Origin: Candidatus Latescibacterota bacterium
Lineage (GTDB): Bacteria > Krumholzibacteriota > Krumholzibacteriia > WVZY01 > JAKEHA01
Assembly (NCBI GenBank): GCA_963707635.1
Contig: OY970173.1
Location: 192,001 to 256,000 of the forward strand
Reading direction: 5' to 3'
Length of the DNA stretch: 64,000 nt
Shown here: piece after piece, positions 52,893-60,903 of the stretch
Layout of the letters: the number at the start of each line of letters is the position of its first letter
How positions within the stretch are numbered: position 1 is the first letter of the stretch
Position numbers and translations under genes: made by a program
Notes under the pieces: generated by a model
Seen by the model: the letters and a program-made list of their open reading frames with translations, nothing else
The model's database searches: none
Told to the model about the DNA's origin: nothing

Positions 52893-53855
52893 CTACTTAC
52901 CGTTCCCGGGGAACTTGTAACGGGTCTGACCACGCCACAGAATCTTGAAATCGCCTTGCTCTGGCATCCACATGTGCCGTGGCTGGACCGACGTTTCGAA
53001 GACCTCCAAGTGGAGAATCAGTTCTGCGTCCTTAGCCGCTCGGATTCGTGCGGAGACATCCGGCGGCAAGAAGGACGTTCCCGGATTCCCAGCTGTTCCG
53101 CCCAGGCTACGCGGATACTCCGAAATCGTTGTGCCATCGACGCGCGTTTCCAAATGCCAACGGTTCCCGAGTGCGAATCCAGGCCTCTTCTTCACCCGAA
53201 TCTTGGAAGTCGCCTTGTACGTCCAGCCGATCTGCCCCGGGACCTGGGTATTGTCAATGACCAGCGTCTTCGGAACCTCAACCTCCTCGATTGCTACGGA
53301 TGCAGGAAGGATCGTCAGCGCGCAAGGTTGAGATTCGATCTTCCCAGTCCATAATGTCAACGGTCCTTCATAGACGCGGCTGCGATACTCGCGTGTCGAA
53401 TCCAAATACGCTTCTATGTTCCGGCCACCATCGTTCCCATAGATTGCTGTCACCGAGTATTCGCCGGCGGACATCTGCTCACCTCGCTCGGAAAGGAGGT
53501 GCACGGTCAAGTACTCCAATGGTATTCGGTCGCCATGTTTCAGGTGCACGAGATTTCCGGGCTGTTCCATCGCCAGCATGCCCACGCTATATGGTGAGCG
53601 CGCGAACGACTCTGCCGTCTTCTTGTTCACAAACAGGAACTCGCAACGGCTGGAAAACCGATTGAGAATTCGCGTATGACTAGCGGCGATGGTCGTATCG
53701 AACGCTAACGTAACATTGAATTGAACGGCGTCGCCCATCGGGACCGTGGCCGGGTCCGCCTTCAGCGTCGCGGTGAGCCCGTCATGCTGAGTGACGGGAG
53801 GTGAATCCGTGGTAACGAAGAAGCCCAGAGCTATAGCAGCGGCGATCAATCGCAT
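52893..53855 (-). CDS. secreted hypothetical protein
   Basis: 320-aa ORF with signal-like N-terminus; more AT-rich codons than flanks. Confidence 0.65.
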   Translation of the reverse strand: MRLIAAAIALGFFVTTDSPPVTQHDGLTATLKADPATVPMGDAVQFNVTLAFDTTIAASHTRILNRFSSRCEFLFVNKKTAESFARSPYSVGMLAMEQPGNLVHLKHGDRIPLEYLTVHLLSERGEQMSAGEYSVTAIYGNDGGRNIEAYLDSTREYRSRVYEGPLTLWTGKIESQPCALTILPASVAIEEVEVPKTLVIDNTQVPGQIGWTYKATSKIRVKKRPGFALGNRWHLETRVDGTTISEYPRSLGGTAGNPGTSFLPPDVSARIRAAKDAELILHLEVFETSVQPRHMWMPEQGDFKILWRGQTRYKFPGNGK

Positions 53856-53981
53856 GTTTTCATGATGCGCCTTCGCGCGCGCCGCGGCAAGGCGCTAGGT
53901 TCGAGCGTCCTATCTGGGGTAGAGCGTGCTCGAACTCTCGAAACGCATGTGAGGAAACGTGATTTGGCCGGAAAAATAGAA

Positions 53982-54298
53982 TGGCTCCCCGGGTAGGACT
54001 CGAACCTACAACCCTGCGGTTACAAGGGTTCCCTTTGTTGCCAAAGGGCTCGGACTATCTCATCACCCGTCCCGAATGGCTCAGGCGAGGGTGTCGGGCG
54101 CTGATGGGGCTTATCGGTTGAGAATCCTCATCCCCTAGTCTCTGCACGTTCCCGCCTACTTGGTCATCTCATTCGGCGGGCTTCGCTCAGGATTACCCTG
54201 TAAGGGCTTCCCTGAATTCACCCGATTTTTCACCAACGGTCTCCCGTTGGAGCTGCATTCGAATACAGCCGCATGCTCTACCATTGAGCTACCGAGGA
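53982..54298 (-). tRNA. trnN: tRNA-Asn(GTT) with group I intron; exons 54298-54265 and 54022-53982
   Basis: Joined exons give a 75-nt cloverleaf: TCCTCGG/CCGGGGA acceptor, GCTC/GAGC D stem, TGCGG-CTGTTAA-CCGCA anticodon arm, GGTTCGAGTCC T arm, encoded CCA. Confidence 0.95.
54023..54264 (-). ncRNA. group I self-splicing intron, 242 nt, no ORF
   Basis: P1 GCUGU/GCAGC with U.G at the 5' splice site; P2 CCAACGG-GAGA-CCGUUGG; P AAUUCAGGGAA; Q AAUCCUGAGC; R GUGCAGAGACUA; S GAGAUAGUCC; P3 UCGGGUG/CGCCCGA; P9 CCCUUUG-GCAA-CAAAGGG; terminal G. Confidence 0.93.
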
Positions 54299-54310
54299 AC
54301 CTTGGGGCTC

Positions 54311-54339
54311 AGAATATAGTCCCGGATGCCGGTTGTCAA
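54311..54339 (-). promoter_or_regulatory. sigma70 promoter of tRNA-Asn
   Basis: TTGACA-N17-TATTCT, 12 nt upstream of tRNA base 1. Confidence 0.75.
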
Positions 54340-54366
54340 TGGACGCGGGAGCGGGCGGGAAGCCGT

Positions 54367-56502
54367 TTAGCGCAGCACGACGAGCTTTCCGGCTTGCGTG
54401 GTTCCCGCAGCCGTGAGCCTCACGAAATAGACTCCGCCGTTGAGCCGGCCACCGGCGCCAGTCGTGGCATCGAGCTGGTACGATCCCCATCCGGCCGGCA
54501 CGCCGTGCATCACATCTGACATGACCCGTCGCCCCGCCACGTCGAAGATGTCGATCGTCACATCCGACGCGCTCGGCAGTCCGAATCGAATCTCGGTCTG
54601 TCCGGCGAATGGATTCGGCGCGCTGGAAAGCAGCGTGAGCGTGCCCGGCGTCGGCGGTGACGTTCCCACACGGAAGTTCGCCTGTTGTGTAACCGGTCCG
54701 TTCATGGTGACGGTCGCGGGGTTGCTGGCGCCGGTGTAGGAACCGTTTCCCGTCCCGGACCACGAATCGAAGGAGTACCCGGAATCGGGTGACGCAGTGA
54801 CGCTCACGAGCGAACCGCCGTCGGTCCATCCGCCACTCGGGCCGGCCGTCCCACCGGCGCCGGCGGTCACGGTGAGCACGTACTGAACCTTGAAGGTCGC
54901 GGTATAGGTGATGTTCCCGTTCGGCGACACGGTGTGCGTCGCGGCCCCGCCGTCGCTCCAGGTCATGAACAGGTAGCGCGCGTCGGCGCTCACCGTCTGC
55001 GGCGAGGTCGCCTCGATGGTGTGCGACGCACCCGGCACCCACGCGAACGTCTGCGAGCTGGTATATGGACTCCCGTCCACCAGGAACGATCGCCCGCTCG
55101 GCGTGGAGCGCACGGTGACCGTGACGCTGTTCCCGAACGCAGCCGTCTCGGTGATGGGTCCGTCCATGGTGATTGTCGCCGGGTTCGCATTGCCGCTGTA
55201 GGAGCCGCTCCCGGATCCGGTCCATCCGTTGAAGCCGTAGCCCACATCGGGCGTGGCGGTGATCTCCACCGGCGTGCCGGCGTTGTGCCAGCCGCTCGCT
55301 GGAGCCACGGTGCCGTTCGCTCCTGCGGTCATCGTGAGATAGTGCTGCGTGGTGAAGTTCGCGGTGTAGGTGCGGCTGGAGTTGGGCGCCACGGTCTGGG
55401 AGATCGCGCCGCCACTGCTCCAATTCGCCCACACGTACTGCGTGCCGCTCGCGCCGGCCTGGGGCGACGAGGTGGCGATAGTGTGAGATTCGTTGGGATT
55501 CCATTCGAATATCTGCGTGCTCGTGTACTCGACATCGTCCACCGTGAACGAACGGCCCGGGGGGGTGGTCTGCACCGCCACCGAGATTCCGGTCGGAATG
55601 CTCTTGAAGGTGACGTCGTTGAGCGTGAGCGACGTCGGGCTGGTGGCGATCCACGTGTCGCCCGCGTCCGCCGTCTTGAGAACGACACCGGCGACACCGG
55701 CGGCCCAGCCGGTGGTCCCGTCGATGAACGCGACCGATGTGAGCTCGGTGGACACCGGGCGCTGCTCGCTCCAGTTGCTCCCGCCGTTGGTCGACTTGAG
55801 AACGACCCCGGATCCGCCGACCGCCCATCCCACCGACGCACTCACGAACGTTACCGCATTGAGCGGTCGCGTCGTGGGCTTCGTCGTGGTCCACGAGGCT
55901 CCTCCGTTGGTGGTCTTGAGAACCGTACCCACGCTTCCAACCGCCCAGCCGGTGGAGGTGCTCATGAAGAACACATCCTCGAGGATGGCGGACGTGGGCG
56001 CGCTCACGGTCCAGTTGATCCCGCCGTTGGTGGTTCGCAGCGCCACGCCGTTGCCGACCGCCCAGCCGGTGTTCGCATTGACGAAATAGACCGCGTTGAG
56101 CGTCGCGGGTGTCGGCGTCGAGGCGGTCCAGTTCGCGCCACCGTTGGTGGTGCGGAGCACGGTGCCGGAATTCCCGACGGCCCACCCATGATTGGCGTCG
56201 ACGAACATCACGTCGTTCAGGTTGACCGCGGTGGGAGACGTGAGCGACCAGTTCGCGCCGCCGTTGGTGGTGTGCATCACGAGTCCGCCGAAGCCGACGA
56301 CCCAGCCCTCGTTGTCGTTCACGAAGCTCGCGGCGGTGAGGGTGACGCCTGCGGGCGAGGTGGCAGTCCAGTTTGCACCGGCGTCGCTCGACTTGAGAAC
56401 CACGCCATTGGCGCCCACGGCCCACCCGGCCGCGAACGCGGGAGCGCCGGCAACAACGAGGAACAACGAAATGCTCGCGGCACAGGCAACCTTCAGGCGC
56501 AT
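54367..56502 (-). CDS. secreted YCF48/BNR beta-propeller protein with InlB-B-like repeats and T9SS-type C-terminal domain
   Basis: Seven GW(A/V)xG..G.VL.T..GG..W repeats of about 40 aa; GY.F..W.G.G.GSY.G repeats; APNPF...FDVAGR...GVYFVRL...KLVVLR. Confidence 0.85.
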   Translation of the reverse strand: MRLKVACAASISLFLVVAGAPAFAAGWAVGANGVVLKSSDAGANWTATSPAGVTLTAASFVNDNEGWVVGFGGLVMHTTNGGANWSLTSPTAVNLNDVMFVDANHGWAVGNSGTVLRTTNGGANWTASTPTPATLNAVYFVNANTGWAVGNGVALRTTNGGINWTVSAPTSAILEDVFFMSTSTGWAVGSVGTVLKTTNGGASWTTTKPTTRPLNAVTFVSASVGWAVGGSGVVLKSTNGGSNWSEQRPVSTELTSVAFIDGTTGWAAGVAGVVLKTADAGDTWIATSPTSLTLNDVTFKSIPTGISVAVQTTPPGRSFTVDDVEYTSTQIFEWNPNESHTIATSSPQAGASGTQYVWANWSSGGAISQTVAPNSSRTYTANFTTQHYLTMTAGANGTVAPASGWHNAGTPVEITATPDVGYGFNGWTGSGSGSYSGNANPATITMDGPITETAAFGNSVTVTVRSTPSGRSFLVDGSPYTSSQTFAWVPGASHTIEATSPQTVSADARYLFMTWSDGGAATHTVSPNGNITYTATFKVQYVLTVTAGAGGTAGPSGGWTDGGSLVSVTASPDSGYSFDSWSGTGNGSYTGASNPATVTMNGPVTQQANFRVGTSPPTPGTLTLLSSAPNPFAGQTEIRFGLPSASDVTIDIFDVAGRRVMSDVMHGVPAGWGSYQLDATTGAGGRLNGGVYFVRLTAAGTTQAGKLVVLR

Positions 56503-56541
56503 GTTTCAATCTCCGGGTGGCTGGAGGACTACTAATGAGCG

Positions 56542-56558
56542 TGCATATCCCATGCCGG
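56542..56558 (-). promoter_or_regulatory. putative sigma54 promoter
   Basis: CCGGCATGGGATATGCA, GG-N10-GC, about 40 nt upstream of the start codon. Confidence 0.35.
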
Positions 56559-56632
56559 GAAATCGTGCAACCGAAAACTTGCCAACGTGTTACGGGATTC
56601 GAAACCCTGCGTCGAACCCGGGCCCGCACGGG

Positions 56633-58615
56633 CTACTTGCGGCGTTTCTTTTTCTCGCCGGCGGCCGCGCGGAGCCGCTGGCGGCAATCTCGTAGCCCCG
56701 CCTCGGCGGCCATGCGGTCGATCTGTGCGGGGAGCACGGCGTCGGCGTAGATCGCAACCGCATCCACCAGGAACGACTCGGCCTCGCCGACACGCCCGAG
56801 CGCGATCAGCGCCGTGGCGAGCGCGGTCTCGGCGCGCGCGGTGTTCGGATGGTCCGGAGACCAGTATTCCCGCGCGATATCGAGCGCGGCCCGGAACTGC
56901 GCCTCCGCCCCGGCGGGATCGCCATGCGCCATGCGACAGCCGCCGAGACCGAGTATCGCCCTGGAATCCCGGGGAAGCGCCGGCCCGCCGGGTTCGAAAT
57001 GGCGCATCCGCTCCAGCCCGTTGGCGAAGAGCGTTTCCGCTTCCGCCACCGCGCCCATCTGGAGCCGGATGGAGCCCAGTTCGACGAGCGCGCTCGCGAC
57101 CCACGTACCCCGATCGTGGTGGGCCCGCCGCGTGAGCGCGACCCCCTCCCGGGCGAGTGCTTCCGCCTCCAACCAGCGCCCAAGGGCCGCGAGGTCGGCG
57201 GCGAGCCGGATCATCGACACCGACATCGCGTTCTGCTCTTCCCCACCGGTCACGCGCTGCTGAATCTCCAGCGACTCCCGCAGGATCGTGTCCGCGGCGG
57301 CGTAGTCCCCGCGGTCGTAGAGCACCTGGCCGATATCGTTCATCACCGCGCCCACGATCGGATGGTCGGGACCGCTCAACTCGATGTGCAAGGCGAGGGC
57401 GTCGCGGTAGAGCTTCTCCGCGTCGCGGTACTGGCCTTCTTCGTGGAGCACACGCCCGAGTGCCCCCAGGCTGTACGCGACGTCGGCGTGGCGGTCGCCA
57501 TAGAAGCGACGGCGAATCTCGAGCGCCTCGCGTTGCATCTGCTCCGCGTCTTCGTACTCGCCCAGGCGCGTGAGCACCCGCGCGTACGCGCTCAAGGTGG
57601 ACGCCAGGTTGGGATGGCCGTCGGGATAGAGCGCGCGATCCACCGCCAGCACCTCCTCCCACATCGCCTTCGAGTCTTGCAGGTGCTCTTCGTCGGCGAG
57701 GAGCTGCGCATAGTTGTAGCGGGTGCTCGCCGTTTCCGGGTGCCGCCTGCCGAACGTCTTCTCCTGCGTCGCCAGCGCCTCGCGGAAGAGCGTATCGGCA
57801 TCGGCATAGCGGCTCTGTTCGTGGAGCAGGACGGCGAGGTGGTTCATGACGACCGACGCATGCCCGCTCTCGGTTCCTTCGATCTGTTTCCAGGTCGCGA
57901 TCGATTCCCGATAGTGCGACTCACTCTCTTCGTATCGCCCCCGCCGACTGCTGGCCCAGCCCAGCACGTCCAGGAATTCCGCGAGCGAGGCGGCTCCCGC
58001 CTCCCCGAGCGAGCGGGCGAGCTCCGTCCCGCGCCGGGCGAGTGCCTCTGCATCTTGGACGTCGCTTGTGCCGACATGGATAGACGCTAGGTCCGCCATG
58101 ACCGCGACGGCGTCCGGGTATTCCTCGCCGTGGAGCTGGAGCTGGAGGTCGAGGCTTTTCTGAAAGGCGGCGCGCGCCGCTTCGAGCAGACCCAGTCCCT
58201 GATAGGCATTGCCAATGGTCCGCATCAACTCGGCCAGCACGTCGGGCTGGCCTGCGAGCTCCCGCTCCGCGCGCACACGACCCTGATCCAGTACCTCGCG
58301 CACGGTGGTGCTGTCGCCGCGCGACCGGTTCAGGTTGGCGGCTTTGAAGAGACTCTCGAGAAACGCATTCACCTCGGCGGCATTGCGGGCCTCGAGGCGA
58401 GCATGGTCGCGCTCACGGGTCAGGCGAGCGGTGTGGGAGAGGGTCATCGCCGCCAGCGCGATCAGCGCCACGGCGACGCTCACGGCGACCGGGTGGCGCC
58501 GCACGAACGTTCCGATGTAGCGGAGTGCCGTAGCCAGCAGCGCGCGCAGGCGATCGAACGCGCTCTGGAGGAGCGCCCGCACGCGATTCCCGCGCTCGCG
58601 ATCCATGTCCATCAT
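56633..58615 (-). CDS. membrane-anchored TPR (kinesin-light-chain-like) repeat protein
   Basis: FVRRH-TM-RERD.A...FLESLF...TVREVLD, then 42-aa G..HP..A repeats. Confidence 0.82.
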   Translation of the reverse strand: MMDMDRERGNRVRALLQSAFDRLRALLATALRYIGTFVRRHPVAVSVAVALIALAAMTLSHTARLTRERDHARLEARNAAEVNAFLESLFKAANLNRSRGDSTTVREVLDQGRVRAERELAGQPDVLAELMRTIGNAYQGLGLLEAARAAFQKSLDLQLQLHGEEYPDAVAVMADLASIHVGTSDVQDAEALARRGTELARSLGEAGAASLAEFLDVLGWASSRRGRYEESESHYRESIATWKQIEGTESGHASVVMNHLAVLLHEQSRYADADTLFREALATQEKTFGRRHPETASTRYNYAQLLADEEHLQDSKAMWEEVLAVDRALYPDGHPNLASTLSAYARVLTRLGEYEDAEQMQREALEIRRRFYGDRHADVAYSLGALGRVLHEEGQYRDAEKLYRDALALHIELSGPDHPIVGAVMNDIGQVLYDRGDYAAADTILRESLEIQQRVTGGEEQNAMSVSMIRLAADLAALGRWLEAEALAREGVALTRRAHHDRGTWVASALVELGSIRLQMGAVAEAETLFANGLERMRHFEPGGPALPRDSRAILGLGGCRMAHGDPAGAEAQFRAALDIAREYWSPDHPNTARAETALATALIALGRVGEAESFLVDAVAIYADAVLPAQIDRMAAEAGLRDCRQRLRAAAGEKKKRRK

Positions 58616-58717
58616 GACTCGCGGAGGAGCCTGGTCACGCCCTGGGGAGACACGCGGCGATACTAGCGTACCCCCGCGGTATCGTCAGCGATGGAGTGCC
58701 TGACGGAGGCCGGGGGG

Positions 58718-58755
58718 AAAAAAGTGGGCCGGCTATCTTTCGATGCCGGCCCACT
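58718..58755 (-). terminator. intrinsic terminator on the minus strand
   Basis: AGTGGGCCGGC-loop-GCCGGCCCACT followed by a U run. Confidence 0.7.
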
Positions 58756-59061
58756 CCAGGCGCCGGAGCGAGTGGCCGCAATTACCCACTCCGGACCGCT
58801 TTAGTTGGGTGCTCTACTTCCGTATCGCCGAACCGCCCCTCCCGCCTCGTCTTCCCCAGCCCCTTGCCTCGGAGGCAGTATAGCAAAGAAAGCGATTCTT
58901 TTCTCTTAAATTATTGCCCCAAACTAGACTTTTTCCTAACCCAAGACCTTTACGTAGGTTGCCCGATCGGCCATAATCCCATCCGCCCCCGGGGAGGTCG
59001 GCGTTTTGTGCTCCGCCGGTTTCAGTCATTGAAATGGGAGCCTGTCAATCAAGGAGTCTCG

Positions 59062-60849
59062 ATGAGAAGTCATTCTAGGAACCGTGTCACCACGGTCGTC
59101 GCCATCGCGCTGGTCGCGCTCGTCGCGTCGTGCGGTAAGAAAGCCGAACAAGAGGAATCCACCGTGGCCGAGCTGCATTTTCCGCACATCGCCCCGGACA
59201 GTCTGCGCTCGGAGATGGCCCGCTACGCGCCGGTGGAGATCGCCTACGACGAGACGATTCTTTCCACCGCCGAGAAACAGGCGCTCGCCAAGATCGTCGC
59301 CGCCGCGCACGAAATGGACGAAATCTTCCTGCGCCAGGTGTGGGAAGGCAACGTCGCGCTGCGCGACGAGCTGGCGAAGGCCGCCCAGATCGACGGCCCG
59401 AATCAGAATCTCTACAGCGACCTGCTGCATTATTTCCGCATCAACGCGGGCCCCTGGATCCGTCTCGAGGGGAACCGGCCGTTTATCGGCACCATGGCGA
59501 AGCCCACGGGCGCGGGCTTCTACCCCCAGGACATGACCAAGGACGAGTTCGAAAAACTCGTGGCGGCCAACCCCGACCAGAAGGATGCGCTCACGGGGTA
59601 CTTTACGCGCATCGAGCGCACACCCGACGGGAGCCTCAAGGCGGTCGAGTACCGCGACGCCTACGGCCCCTTCCTGAAAAACGCCGCGGCGCTCTTGAAC
59701 GAGGCGGCGGATATCCTGACGTCGGACCCCGCGAAGGCGGCGATGGCGAAGGGCGTCGACTACACCACGCTGGCGACGTTTCTGCGCAGCCGCGCGGCCG
59801 CGTTTCAATCGAACGATTACTTCCAGAGCGACATGGACTGGATGGACGTCAAAGACAACCTGATCGACGTGACCATCGGTCCCTACGAGGTCTACGAAGA
59901 CGGCCTGTTCAACTACAAGGCGTCGTTCGAGGCCGTCATCGCGATTCGCAATCCCGCCGACAGCAAGAAGCTCGATGAGCTCAAGAGCTTTCTGCCGGCG
60001 ATGGAGCGCGGGCTGCCCATCCCCGCCGAGTACAAGAACGCCAGCCGCGGAACCGATTCGCCCATCAGCGTGGTCGACGTCGTCCATGCCGCCGGCGACA
60101 TCAAGGCGGGCGTACACGCGGTGGCCTTCAACTTGCCCAACGACGAACGCGTGCGCGAGGCCAAAGGGAGCAAGAAGGTCCTGCTCAAGAACATCTCCCG
60201 CGCCAAGTACGAACAGATCCTGGTGCCGATTGCCAACCTGGTGCTCAATCCCGACCAGATGGCCCACGTGGACTTCGAGAGTTTCTTCAACCACACCCTG
60301 ATGCACGAACTGGCGCACGGCCTCGGACCCGGAACCATCACCCTTCCCGACGGGTCGAAGACCACGGTCAACCAGGCCTTGAAGACGCTGTATTCGCCGC
60401 TCGAGGAGTGCAAGGCCGACGTGATGGGGCTCTACAACAACGAGTACCTGGTGAAGAACAGCTACATGACCCCGCAGCAGCTCACGAAGCAGTACGTCGT
60501 GTTTCTGCCCGGCCTCTTCCGGTCGATGCGCTTCGGTCTGCACGAGGCCCACGGCAAGGGGAACCTGATCCAGTACAACTGGTTCAAGGACAAAGGAGCG
60601 TTCACGCTGGATCCGGCGACGGATCGATACACGGTGAACGTCGACAAGATGGGCGAGGCGGCGAAGTCGCTCACGCGCGAGCTGTGCCTGCTCCAGGCCC
60701 GGGGCGACTACGACGCCGCGCAGGCCTTCGTCGACGTGTGGGGCACGGTGCCCCCCGAGGTCGAGCGCATCGTCGACAAGCTGGTCAACATCCCGTCGGA
60801 TGTGGCGCCGGATTACGACGCGCGTCAGTTCGCCACCGCGGCGCAGTAG
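59062..60849 (+). CDS. peptidase M49 (DPP III-like) lipoprotein
   Basis: AAGGAG RBS; LVASC lipobox; IGPYEVYED, AFNLPND, HELAHGLGP, EECKAD. Confidence 0.88.
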   Translation: MRSHSRNRVTTVVAIALVALVASCGKKAEQEESTVAELHFPHIAPDSLRSEMARYAPVEIAYDETILSTAEKQALAKIVAAAHEMDEIFLRQVWEGNVALRDELAKAAQIDGPNQNLYSDLLHYFRINAGPWIRLEGNRPFIGTMAKPTGAGFYPQDMTKDEFEKLVAANPDQKDALTGYFTRIERTPDGSLKAVEYRDAYGPFLKNAAALLNEAADILTSDPAKAAMAKGVDYTTLATFLRSRAAAFQSNDYFQSDMDWMDVKDNLIDVTIGPYEVYEDGLFNYKASFEAVIAIRNPADSKKLDELKSFLPAMERGLPIPAEYKNASRGTDSPISVVDVVHAAGDIKAGVHAVAFNLPNDERVREAKGSKKVLLKNISRAKYEQILVPIANLVLNPDQMAHVDFESFFNHTLMHELAHGLGPGTITLPDGSKTTVNQALKTLYSPLEECKADVMGLYNNEYLVKNSYMTPQQLTKQYVVFLPGLFRSMRFGLHEAHGKGNLIQYNWFKDKGAFTLDPATDRYTVNVDKMGEAAKSLTRELCLLQARGDYDAAQAFVDVWGTVPPEVERIVDKLVNIPSDVAPDYDARQFATAAQ

Positions 60850-60903
60850 CGCTCCGGTCGGCAATAGCGGGCGCCCGGGTCGTGGGGACCCGGGCGCTCA
60901 CCC

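Noticed and set aside
50400..53900. Integron cassette array
   Set aside because: No intI, no attC RYYYAAC...GTTRRRY boundaries seen, and gene orientations are mixed.
54160..54519. 119-aa ORF as intron-encoded homing endonuclease
   Set aside because: Antisense to the intron, runs through the tRNA exon and the neighbouring gene, and has no LAGLIDADG, HNH or GIY-YIG motif.
55640..56430. About 120-nt periodic DNA repeats
   Set aside because: Fully explained by the seven YCF48/BNR protein repeats.
60869..60899. GC-rich hairpin between the M49 peptidase and the membrane-TPR gene
   Set aside because: No U tract and no second copy noticed; function cannot be supported.
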